Positions 19,086 through 26,835 of a stretch of DNA of 64,000 nucleotides are shown here, in pieces; within the stretch, counting starts at the first letter, position 1; each line of letters opens with the position of its first letter. Source of the DNA: Candidatus Gastranaerophilales bacterium (GTDB taxonomy: Bacteria > Cyanobacteriota > Vampirovibrionia > Gastranaerophilales > Gastranaerophilaceae); the NCBI GenBank assembly GCA_944325115.1, contig CALUYX010000001.1, forward strand, positions 8,705 to 72,704. Reading direction: 5' to 3'. Below the pieces are notes generated by a model. That model made no database searches. It saw only the letters and a program-made list of their open reading frames with translations, and was not told where the DNA came from. Position numbers and translations under genes: made by a program.

Positions 19086-19907
19086 ATGGTTTCTTACAAA
19101 AACATGCATGCGCTATCAATAGCAAATAAATACGGTTCTGCAAGCTCTATTGCAAAGGCAGAATTATATGAAACTTATGACAGATTAAGGGACTTAACCG
19201 TTTCAAGTTCAGCATCCTCTGGTAGCGGCTTTGGTACTGCAGGCGGTTTTTTGTGGCAATTAGCCAGCATGTTCTCCCCCAGTAGTTTTATGCCTATTAT
19301 GGGCGGAACAAATATGATGGATATTCCGGGGACTTCTTATTGGTCACCCATAACAGGTTCAACGGCATCATATGATGGTGCTACATCAGCCTTTGGCATT
19401 GGAAATCTTGGCTCTTACCCCGGTTTCCCATCCGGTGCCGCGGGTATTACACTTGGATTTGGTTCGGAAGGTATGCCAACAGGTGGTGCAGCAGGTCTTG
19501 CAACAGGCTATGCCGTAAGTTCAGCAGGAATTGCCGCCATGAATACGGCAAGTGCAGCTCTTGGTACTGCATCGGGCGGTTTTAGTTTTGGTCAAAATAT
19601 AGTTCTTCCCTTAGCCGGCATGATATCCGGTTGGGGCGGATTATTGCAAGCGATGTCACCTTATATGGGTGAATGGGGCTTGGGTGCAATTGTTGCAGGT
19701 AACTTAATGCAAGGTACCGGTAATGCTGCGGTAAGTGCTTATCAGAACGTTACGGGCAGAATTACAACAAATGCTGATGTCATTTTGTCGGATAGAGTAA
19801 AAAACATAGAAACAGTTTGTAAAATGCTTGATACTCAAGCGGATATTGTACGAAAAACTCTTAAAAATGATATTGAGTCAGATTCAAAACTATCTCAGGA
19901 TTTATAA
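19086..19907 (+). CDS. Gly/Ala/Ser-rich hypothetical protein (module gene B)
   Basis: 273 aa. Helical N- and C-terminal segments flank a ~190-aa G/A/S/M-rich core containing glycine-zipper-like stretches (AGIAAMNTASAALGTASGG, GLGAIVAGNLMQGTGNAAVSA). Confidence 0.7.
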   Translation: MVSYKNMHALSIANKYGSASSIAKAELYETYDRLRDLTVSSSASSGSGFGTAGGFLWQLASMFSPSSFMPIMGGTNMMDIPGTSYWSPITGSTASYDGATSAFGIGNLGSYPGFPSGAAGITLGFGSEGMPTGGAAGLATGYAVSSAGIAAMNTASAALGTASGGFSFGQNIVLPLAGMISGWGGLLQAMSPYMGEWGLGAIVAGNLMQGTGNAAVSAYQNVTGRITTNADVILSDRVKNIETVCKMLDTQADIVRKTLKNDIESDSKLSQDL

Positions 19908-19943
19908 TAATCATTAACTTTTGTAAATTTTTTATTTACCGAG

Positions 19944-19970
19944 TAAAGTTTATTTTTTCTGTGTCGATAT
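19944..19970 (+). promoter_or_regulatory. sigma-28 (FliA/SigD)-type promoter
   Basis: TAAAGTTT (19944-19951) is followed by an 11-nt spacer and GTCGATAT (19963-19970). The -35 is exact, the spacing is exact and the -10 matches 7/8. Confidence 0.6.
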
Positions 19971-20106
19971 TAGGAATATAGATATAGATTGAATTTTGGG
20001 AATGTTAACTTATCTGTAAAACAACAGGAGCAAATATTCACAGGCAATTTTATCTCAAATTTTGTTTTTATAAGTTTAGGGTTACCCCTAAAAAAGGAGT
20101 AAGCTC

Positions 20107-20376
20107 GTGCAACAAAGTATCCAAACAAATTTAAAAAGAATGAAGAATTTTTTGGGATTCTCAAGAAGCTTTCTAATAAGAAAGAACCCCATAAAAATAT
20201 TTTCAAAAGAATTTGTGACGATGCTGAAAAATTTCTTTTCTATGAACAAGAAAAGAAAAATGGTTAAGTACAGATTGAACTATCAACTTTATAAGTTGAA
20301 TCAAATGGAAAAACTGATTGCACAAAATAACGAGCATGTGTTCCTTAGAGGAAACAAGTTTAACGAAATGAGATAA
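20107..20376 (+). CDS. small basic hypothetical protein (module gene C)
   Basis: The GTG start is preceded by AAGGAG (20094-20099). The protein is 89 aa and Lys/Arg/Asn-rich. Its stop lies 1 nt before the next start. Confidence 0.55.
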   Translation: MQQSIQTNLKRMKNFLGFSRSFLIRKNPIKIFSKEFVTMLKNFFSMNKKRKMVKYRLNYQLYKLNQMEKLIAQNNEHVFLRGNKFNEMR

Positions 20377-20377
20377 A

Positions 20378-20701
20378 ATGGGCTTAATTGTATCGACAAT
20401 GAGATTAATACAATTGAATAGCATGAGGCTTGATATTGAATACAAGCTTATGCTAATCAACTCATCTCGTCTGCAATTAACCGCTTCAACCGGTGACCTG
20501 CAAACTCTTGGAACAGACCTTGACCCGGAATCTGCTGAAGCAAAAGCTCTTCAAAAACGACAGGAACGCTTGCAAATTGTTGAAAAACGCTTGGAAGAAC
20601 AGGCGCAGAGATATCAAATTCAACTCAAGATGATTGAAAGCGAAATCCAAAGCCTTAATTCAACTATTGATTCAAATATTCAAATGTCTTTCGGACGATA
20701 A
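20378..20701 (+). CDS. short coiled-coil protein, paralog of the termini of gene A (module gene D)
   Basis: 107 aa. MGLIVSTMRLIQLNSMRLDIEYKLMLINSSR aligns without gaps to MGMAASQARFLGLTARKTNVEYEGQQVNQQR of the 17982 ORF. The C-terminus is coiled-coil. Confidence 0.7.
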   Translation: MGLIVSTMRLIQLNSMRLDIEYKLMLINSSRLQLTASTGDLQTLGTDLDPESAEAKALQKRQERLQIVEKRLEEQAQRYQIQLKMIESEIQSLNSTIDSNIQMSFGR

Positions 20702-20711
20702 TATAAATTTA

Positions 20712-20735
20712 AAAGGCGGTTTTAAAACCGCCTTT
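20712..20735. terminator. bidirectional Rho-independent terminator
   Basis: This is a perfect 24-nt palindrome, aaaggcggttttaaaaccgccttt, between the convergent module gene D and leuS. Confidence 0.8.
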
Positions 20736-20739
20736 ATTG

Positions 20740-23202
20740 CTATTTAACAACCAGATTGATGAGTTTATTTGGTACAACAATTGATTTAACAAGTGTTTTA
20801 CCCTCAAGTGATTGTTTTATTTTTTCATTTTCAAGAGCAAGTTTCTTTAGCTCTTCTTCAGGTGTATCGACAGCTATTTCAACCTTGTCGCGGATTTTAC
20901 CGTTTACTTGAAGAATAAAAGTTATATCGGCTTGTTTAGCTAAGTTTTCATCATATTTTAGCCAAGGTTCGTTGTGTATTGATGTTTTTGCGCCAAGCCC
21001 TTCATAAATTGCTTCACTCATAAATACTGCAACGGGCGAGATGAGTCTTAGGAGTGCCAAAAGTGCAAAACTCAGGACATTTTTTTCTATTTTTGATTCG
21101 TCACGGATGTATTCGTATATGGCGTTAGTTAGCTCTCTGTATCTTGATGTTACGGTATTAAACTGAAATTCGTTTTCAATATCGTTTGTGATTTTTTTGA
21201 TAGATATGTGAACTTCGCGAAGCAGTTTTTCGCTTTCTTTATCAAGATTTTGAGGTATTTGATAGTTCAAGTCTATGATATCTTGGAATTTTGAATACAA
21301 TCTGTACACGCGGCATAGGAACTTATAGCAGCCCTCAACGCCTGCATCTGACCAGTCAAAATCTCTTGCCGGAGGTGAGTCTGATATAATAAACAATCTT
21401 GCAGTGTCTGCGCCGTAATTTGCAAATATTTCATCGGGGTCTACGGTATTACCTTTTGATTTAGACATTTTTGAACCGTCTTTTAGAACCATGCCTTGAG
21501 TTAATAGGTTTTTAAACGGTTCATCAAAATCAAGTAAACCAATATCCCTTAGAGCTTTTGTAAAGAATCTTGAGTACAAAAGGTGTAAAATAGCGTGTTC
21601 TATACCGCCTACGTATTGGTCAACGGGCAGCCATTTGTTTACAAGTTTCTTATCAAACGCTTTTTTGTCATTGCGAGCATCGGCATAGCGCATATAATAC
21701 CAGCTTGAGCACATAAATGTGTCCATAGTATCTGTTTCACGCTTTGCGGGAGCTCCGCAGATTGGACATTTTGTGTCCATAAAGGTTTTTGAAGTCAAAA
21801 TTGGTGATTTGCCAACTACGCTAAAATCGACATCTTCAGGCAGTTTAACAGGTAAATCTTCATCAGGAACAGGTACTGTGCCGCATTTATCACAGTAAAT
21901 AATAGGAATGGGCGCGCCCCAGTATCTTTGTCTTGAAATTAGCCAATCGCGAAGTCTGTATTGAGTTTTTGCGTAGCCAAAACCGCCGTTTTCGGCAATT
22001 TGAGTAACTTTTTTCTTTGCTTCTTCGCTTGTAAGTCCGTTGCATTCGCCTGAATTAATAAGTATACCGTATTGAGCATAGCAGTTTACGCCATCGTCAC
22101 CTTCGCCGGTAATTACTCTTATAACAGGAAGATTATATTTTTTTGCAAAATCCCAGTCACGCTCATCGTGAGCAGGAACTGCCATAACAGCACCTGTTCC
22201 GTAGTCAACAAGAGCGTAATCCGCAGTGTAGATTGGGCATTCGCGTCCTGTTAGAGGGTTAATAATATGTGTACCAAGGGCTACACCTGTTTTAACGCGC
22301 TCAGTGGAAAGTCGTTCTATTTCAGACATTTTTCTTGCATTTTCGCGATATTTTTCAACTTCCTCTTTTTGTTCAGGGGTTGTAAGTTTTTCAATATCGG
22401 GGTACTCAGGTGCTACAACAAGGTATGTTACACCATAAGCTGTATCTGGACGTGTAGTGTACACGGGTACTTCAAGACCTTCAATTTCTTTAACTTTAAA
22501 TTTTAAAATTGTACCTGTTGATTTGCCTATCCAGTTTGCCTGCATGGTTTTGACGTTGTCGCCCCAGCCTGTGAGCTTATCTAGGTCTTGAAGTAAAACC
22601 TCTGCGTAGTCAGTGATTTTTAAGAACCATTGCCACAAGTTTTTCTTTGTTACTTCATTGTCGCATCTCCAGCACTTGCCATCTATTACCTGTTCGTTTG
22701 CAAGTACTGTTGCGCAATGTTCGCACCAGTTAACGGCTGCTTGTTTTTTATATGCAAGACCTTTTTTATAAAGTTGCAAAAACAACCATTGAGTCCACTT
22801 GTAGTAGTCCTCTTTGCATGTTGTAACTTCTCTGTCCCAATCGACACTTAAACCAAGTTTTTTTAGCTGCATTTTCATATATGCAATGTTTTCATCAGTC
22901 CATTTTGCAGGGTTTGCGCCGTGTTGAATTGCTGCGTTTTCTGCAGGAAGACCAAAGCTGTCCCATCCCATAGGATGAAGCACATTGTAACCTTGGGATT
23001 TTTTAAATCTTGCAATTACATCGGTTATTGTATAGTTTCTAACGTGACCCATGTGAAGTTTTCCGCTCGGGTATGGAAACATTGAAAGGGCGTAGTATTT
23101 AGGTTTATCAGAATCGTCATATGTTTTATGAGGATTTGTTTTTTCCCATATTTCTAATCGTTCTTTTTCAATCTGTTGCGGAAAACATTCTTTTTCTAAC
23201 AC
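20740..23202 (-). CDS. leuS: leucine--tRNA ligase
   Basis: 820 aa. It has the class I HIGH motif (PSGKLHMGHVRNY), KMSKS (SKMSKSKGN) and a CP1 editing domain. The overall match is unmistakable. Confidence 0.97.
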   Translation of the reverse strand: MLEKECFPQQIEKERLEIWEKTNPHKTYDDSDKPKYYALSMFPYPSGKLHMGHVRNYTITDVIARFKKSQGYNVLHPMGWDSFGLPAENAAIQHGANPAKWTDENIAYMKMQLKKLGLSVDWDREVTTCKEDYYKWTQWLFLQLYKKGLAYKKQAAVNWCEHCATVLANEQVIDGKCWRCDNEVTKKNLWQWFLKITDYAEVLLQDLDKLTGWGDNVKTMQANWIGKSTGTILKFKVKEIEGLEVPVYTTRPDTAYGVTYLVVAPEYPDIEKLTTPEQKEEVEKYRENARKMSEIERLSTERVKTGVALGTHIINPLTGRECPIYTADYALVDYGTGAVMAVPAHDERDWDFAKKYNLPVIRVITGEGDDGVNCYAQYGILINSGECNGLTSEEAKKKVTQIAENGGFGYAKTQYRLRDWLISRQRYWGAPIPIIYCDKCGTVPVPDEDLPVKLPEDVDFSVVGKSPILTSKTFMDTKCPICGAPAKRETDTMDTFMCSSWYYMRYADARNDKKAFDKKLVNKWLPVDQYVGGIEHAILHLLYSRFFTKALRDIGLLDFDEPFKNLLTQGMVLKDGSKMSKSKGNTVDPDEIFANYGADTARLFIISDSPPARDFDWSDAGVEGCYKFLCRVYRLYSKFQDIIDLNYQIPQNLDKESEKLLREVHISIKKITNDIENEFQFNTVTSRYRELTNAIYEYIRDESKIEKNVLSFALLALLRLISPVAVFMSEAIYEGLGAKTSIHNEPWLKYDENLAKQADITFILQVNGKIRDKVEIAVDTPEEELKKLALENEKIKQSLEGKTLVKSIVVPNKLINLVVK

Positions 23203-23284
23203 GTTAAAATTCCTCTTTAATCATACTTTTACCAAGACATTATACAGCAAAACAAGCTGAAAACACAAATTGTATTTTTAAACC

Positions 23285-23317
23285 AAAAGCACTCCGTTAA
23301 TGAGGCGGAGTGCTTTT
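23285..23317 (-). terminator. Rho-independent terminator of rpsT
   Basis: The stem aaaagcactccg pairs with cggagtgctttt. On the minus strand the hairpin ends in a CTTTTGGTT tract. Confidence 0.7.
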
Positions 23318-23333
23318 GATAATGGTTTGCAAA

Positions 23334-23600
23334 TTAATTTTGAGATAATTTGTTAATTGCTTTTGTTAGGCGTGATTTTTTTCTTGCTGCAGTATTTTTG
23401 TGCAAAATACCTTTGCCTACTGCTTTGTCGCAAAGTTGGTAAACTTTAGAAATTGCTTGAGCAAGTTCTTTTTCATCGCCTTTTACTAAAGAAAGCGCTT
23501 TTTTAACTGCTGTTTTGATAGAAGATTTAAAAGCAACATTTCTTTCAGTGTTTCTTTTAGCAACTAGTACTCTTTTTTTTGCAGATTTGATATTTGCCAT
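23334..23600 (-). CDS. rpsT: 30S ribosomal protein S20
   Basis: The N-terminus is MANIKSAKKRVLVAKRNTERN. The protein is 88 aa and basic. Confidence 0.95.
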   Translation of the reverse strand: MANIKSAKKRVLVAKRNTERNVAFKSSIKTAVKKALSLVKGDEKELAQAISKVYQLCDKAVGKGILHKNTAARKKSRLTKAINKLSQN

Positions 23601-23669
23601 TGTTTTTTCCCTTTCGCATAATAAACCGTTGTTTTTCTGCAGAGGATTAGTGAGTTACTGTTATAATAC

Positions 23670-24062
23670 TCAAAAAGAAAAATTGTTGCAATATATTGTG
23701 TAGAATTTTTGGGCAAAAATAAGAGAGGCGATGAGTACGGATATTGTGGCTGAAAATAGTACCGCTCCTGCGGCTATGTCCTTTGAAAGTTTTGCCAGTT
23801 TTGCCCAGCGTCCTCTGTAGTATGCGTCAATTATAAATTCAATTACCGAGTTAAAAAGTTCGCAAATTAAAACAAGTGCATTTGAAAAGATTAAAAGACA
23901 AAATTCTACAATGCTTACCTTTAGAAACAGTGCAATTGAGAGTATAAAAAGAGCAATGATTATATGTTTTCTAAAATTGCGCTCTGATTTAAAAGCAAGT
24001 CTTAATCCGTTTAAGGCATACATTGCACTTCGCATAAAGCTTCTGGATTGAAATTTTTTCAT
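23670..24062 (-). CDS. dgkA: diacylglycerol/undecaprenol kinase, DgkA family
   Basis: 130 aa with three TM helices. Segments seen are LRLAFKSERNFRKH, ELFNSVIE and AKDIAAGAVL. Its ATGA overlaps ybeY. Confidence 0.85.
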   Translation of the reverse strand: MKKFQSRSFMRSAMYALNGLRLAFKSERNFRKHIIIALFILSIALFLKVSIVEFCLLIFSNALVLICELFNSVIEFIIDAYYRGRWAKLAKLSKDIAAGAVLFSATISVLIASLIFAQKFYTIYCNNFSF

Positions 24063-24580
24063 AAATTTCCAACTACGATATTTTGAATCCCTACAACAAA
24101 ATCATAATCTTTTTGCTCTAAATGGTCAAATCCGAGCAGGTGTAAAATACCATGGGTTATTAGGGTTTGAAGTTCTTTTTCTGTGGTGTTATTGTTTTCT
24201 TGCGCCTGTTTTACAAGGGTTTCAACACTGATTATTATTTCGCCCAATTCGGCTGTTTTGTTGCACAGGATAGCTTCGTTGTCATCTGCAAAAAGCGCAA
24301 AAGTGATGACATCTGTTGTTTTGTCTTTATCTCTGTATTCTCGGTTAATTTCTTGTATTATTTTGTCGCTGCAAAATGATATTTCAAAAGAAACTTGTTG
24401 GCATTTTGTCTTATTTAGTGCCCAGGAAGAAGTTATTTCAGGCATTTGAGAAAGCATCTCAAAAATCTGCTTGGCAGCATTTTTGACAGCCGTTTTTCCA
24501 AGCGGTATTCTGACTTTATCAAGGGTATTTACCTCGACTTTACTCTTCATCGTCTTTTGTACCGTTTTCACCATTTTCAA
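24059..24580 (-). CDS. ybeY: rRNA maturation endoribonuclease YbeY
   Basis: The HGILHLLGFDH zinc motif is present. The start is uncertain; the ATG at 24550 is an alternative that would overlap the upstream gene by only 11 nt. Confidence 0.88.
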   Translation of the reverse strand: MKMVKTVQKTMKSKVEVNTLDKVRIPLGKTAVKNAAKQIFEMLSQMPEITSSWALNKTKCQQVSFEISFCSDKIIQEINREYRDKDKTTDVITFALFADDNEAILCNKTAELGEIIISVETLVKQAQENNNTTEKELQTLITHGILHLLGFDHLEQKDYDFVVGIQNIVVGNL

Positions 24581-26768
24581 GACGCTGTTCCTGTTTTTTT
24601 ATCTTGTCTTGGATTCTTTTTTCAAGTTTTTCTTCTTTTGTGGGTTGCAGTTTGATTTTATTCTTGTCCTCAAACTCATTTAGTATATTTTCCTGATATT
24701 TTATTCTATCGTGTTGCATACCGCGAAGTATTCTGTTGAAAGTGTTTGCGATAAGCTTAATATCTTTAAGCGTTAGTGGGCTGTCAGAGAGCTGCCCGTC
24801 GTTTAGGCGTTCGGTTATTATTTTATTAATCATATTTTCAATTTGCTCTTGTGACGGGTTTTTAAGTGAGCGAACGGCACTTTCAACGGCGTCTGCCAGC
24901 ATAAGTATGGCTGTTTCCTTCATAAGCGGTTTGGGTCCGGGGTAGCGGAATTGTTCTTCTTGCACATTTTCTCTGCCTTCAAGGTCTACCGCTTGTTTAT
25001 AGAAATGTCCCGCAAGACCTTCACCGTGGTGTTGTTGTATGAAATCAATAATAACTTGCGGTAATCCGTATTCTTTTGCAAGTTCTACACCGTCTTTGGT
25101 GTGAGAAGTAATTACCATTTTTGAAAGCCTCGGGTTAAGTTTGGTGTGAGGGTTTTCAATGCCAAAGTACGACTGGTTTTCAATGAAAAACAAAGGACGT
25201 TTTAGTTTTCCTATGTCATGGTAAAATGCACCGACGCGCGCAAGAATAGGGTTTGCGCCAATTGCCTCTGCTGCAGCCTCGCAAAGATTTGCAACCATTA
25301 ACGAGTGGTGATAAGTCCCGGGGGCTTTGTATTGAAGTTTTGATAACAATTCCTGATTGTGGTCGGCAAGCTCGATAAGTCCGTACGGTGTCACGATTTT
25401 AAATACATTTTCAATAATCGGCAGTACGCCAAGCGCTATTATGCTTGAGAATAAGCCGTTTAAAAATCCTGCCGTGGCGTTAGATAAGAAAGACAGATTT
25501 GTAAATATTTCAAACTGTTCTTCAAACATTGCAATAAGCATTATTGACAAAAATATCACAGCGCCGACCTCAAGACCGCACTTAATAATATCAAAACGCT
25601 TTGTGTAACAAATTTTTGATACCGAATATGCCGCCATAACTGAAGAGAACACAAATACTGCAGTAATTTGAGGGTCGAGAAATAATGTAAGCGATAACAA
25701 TGAAAGAAGTAATATTGATGCCAAAAACGCTATTATGGGGTTTGTAAATATTGCAATAATTATGGTAAAGGCGGGGAATGGGATGTAGTAATTTTGTATC
25801 ACGTCAAGCGGTGTGATTAAGACGCATATGTATGTTAAAACTATTGAAAAAGCCCCGATAATTGCCATATATTGCGGAGTAAAGAACCTTTTTTCGTACT
25901 TTTTGGTGTAAAGCACAAGGAATAATATTGTAAGGCATGTTAGGAAAAATACTCCAAAAATACCGCCTTTGTTTAATTCAAAGGCATTGTAGCCTGATTT
26001 TTTAAGGGCTTCCCTTTTAACTTGGGTTAACTGTTCACCTACATCAAGAATCTTGTCCCCTTTTTTGAATGTTACTATGTAGGGTTTAACTGAATTTACC
26101 GCATTTTTTCTTGCAATTTCAGTTGCGTACTCATCAACTATGAGGTTTGGCATAATGACATGTTCCAATATGCCTGATATTGGTCTTATTTGGCTTCTTC
26201 TCAGATTTTGTCCGAGCTTGGATATGATATAGTTGTCCGAAGCCAAAAGGTCGATGTCTGTTTCGTTTATGCCCGTGCTTAAAAGTTCGTCGAGTATAAA
26301 TTTTGCATTACCAAAAGTTGCAGCGACAGCCTGAGGAGTTGAATTAAGAAGATAGTTTGCAACCGCCTCTTCTTTTTGAGAGTCTTGAATTTCAAGATAT
26401 ACGCATAATTCTTTGAACTTTGAATCGTATTTTGAATTTTGATTTCTGATTCTTTTTACATTATCTTGAAGTGCTTGCAGGCTTGTTTTTAGGTAGTTGT
26501 CTTCAACAGGGGTTACAACAGGTCTTATTTTGTTTGAGACCTCTCTTTTCACAAGCTCTGTTTTTTGTGTATCAACAACTTCAATGTTTTTCTTTGCAAT
26601 AATCTGCTTTTTGCTTACGCCGTTTTCAATTATGTTTTGGTACAAATAATACCTTGAAGAAAGAATTGCCGTCATAATTATTGCAACAGCTAAAAACGCC
26701 ACAACCGACAAGAATGAAGAAGAGTGAAAAACTCCGTTTTTATCAAAAATTTTTTCTATTTTACCCAT
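24540..26768 (-). CDS. 7TM-receptor HD-domain phosphohydrolase (PgpH/YqfF-like, candidate cyclic-di-AMP phosphodiesterase)
   Basis: 742 aa. It has an extracytoplasmic N-domain, seven TM helices and a C-terminal HD domain (HSLMVANL...FYHDIGK...HHG). The PgpH-ybeY-dgkA gene order is conserved in many bacteria. Confidence 0.85.
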   Translation of the reverse strand: MGKIEKIFDKNGVFHSSSFLSVVAFLAVAIIMTAILSSRYYLYQNIIENGVSKKQIIAKKNIEVVDTQKTELVKREVSNKIRPVVTPVEDNYLKTSLQALQDNVKRIRNQNSKYDSKFKELCVYLEIQDSQKEEAVANYLLNSTPQAVAATFGNAKFILDELLSTGINETDIDLLASDNYIISKLGQNLRRSQIRPISGILEHVIMPNLIVDEYATEIARKNAVNSVKPYIVTFKKGDKILDVGEQLTQVKREALKKSGYNAFELNKGGIFGVFFLTCLTILFLVLYTKKYEKRFFTPQYMAIIGAFSIVLTYICVLITPLDVIQNYYIPFPAFTIIIAIFTNPIIAFLASILLLSLLSLTLFLDPQITAVFVFSSVMAAYSVSKICYTKRFDIIKCGLEVGAVIFLSIMLIAMFEEQFEIFTNLSFLSNATAGFLNGLFSSIIALGVLPIIENVFKIVTPYGLIELADHNQELLSKLQYKAPGTYHHSLMVANLCEAAAEAIGANPILARVGAFYHDIGKLKRPLFFIENQSYFGIENPHTKLNPRLSKMVITSHTKDGVELAKEYGLPQVIIDFIQQHHGEGLAGHFYKQAVDLEGRENVQEEQFRYPGPKPLMKETAILMLADAVESAVRSLKNPSQEQIENMINKIITERLNDGQLSDSPLTLKDIKLIANTFNRILRGMQHDRIKYQENILNEFEDKNKIKLQPTKEEKLEKRIQDKIKKQEQRLENGENGTKDDEE

Positions 26769-26835
26769 TTTCTACCACGCTAAATATTATGTAACATTAT
26801 TATACAATAATTTTTTTTGTTATATACTACATGAT

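Noticed and set aside
19970-20460. Minus-strand ORFs 19970..20206 and 20203..20460 in the sigma-28 module.
   Set aside because: They run against the promoter, SD and terminator logic of the + strand genes, overlap promoter P2 and lack an SD. Gene D on the + strand has a paralog (gene A), which supports the + strand reading.
23203-23287. Possible T-box leader upstream of leuS.
   Set aside because: Only ~85 nt lie between the leuS start and the rpsT terminator. No specifier-loop/antiterminator architecture or T-box sequence (AAnnnGGGTGGnACCGCG-like) is visible.
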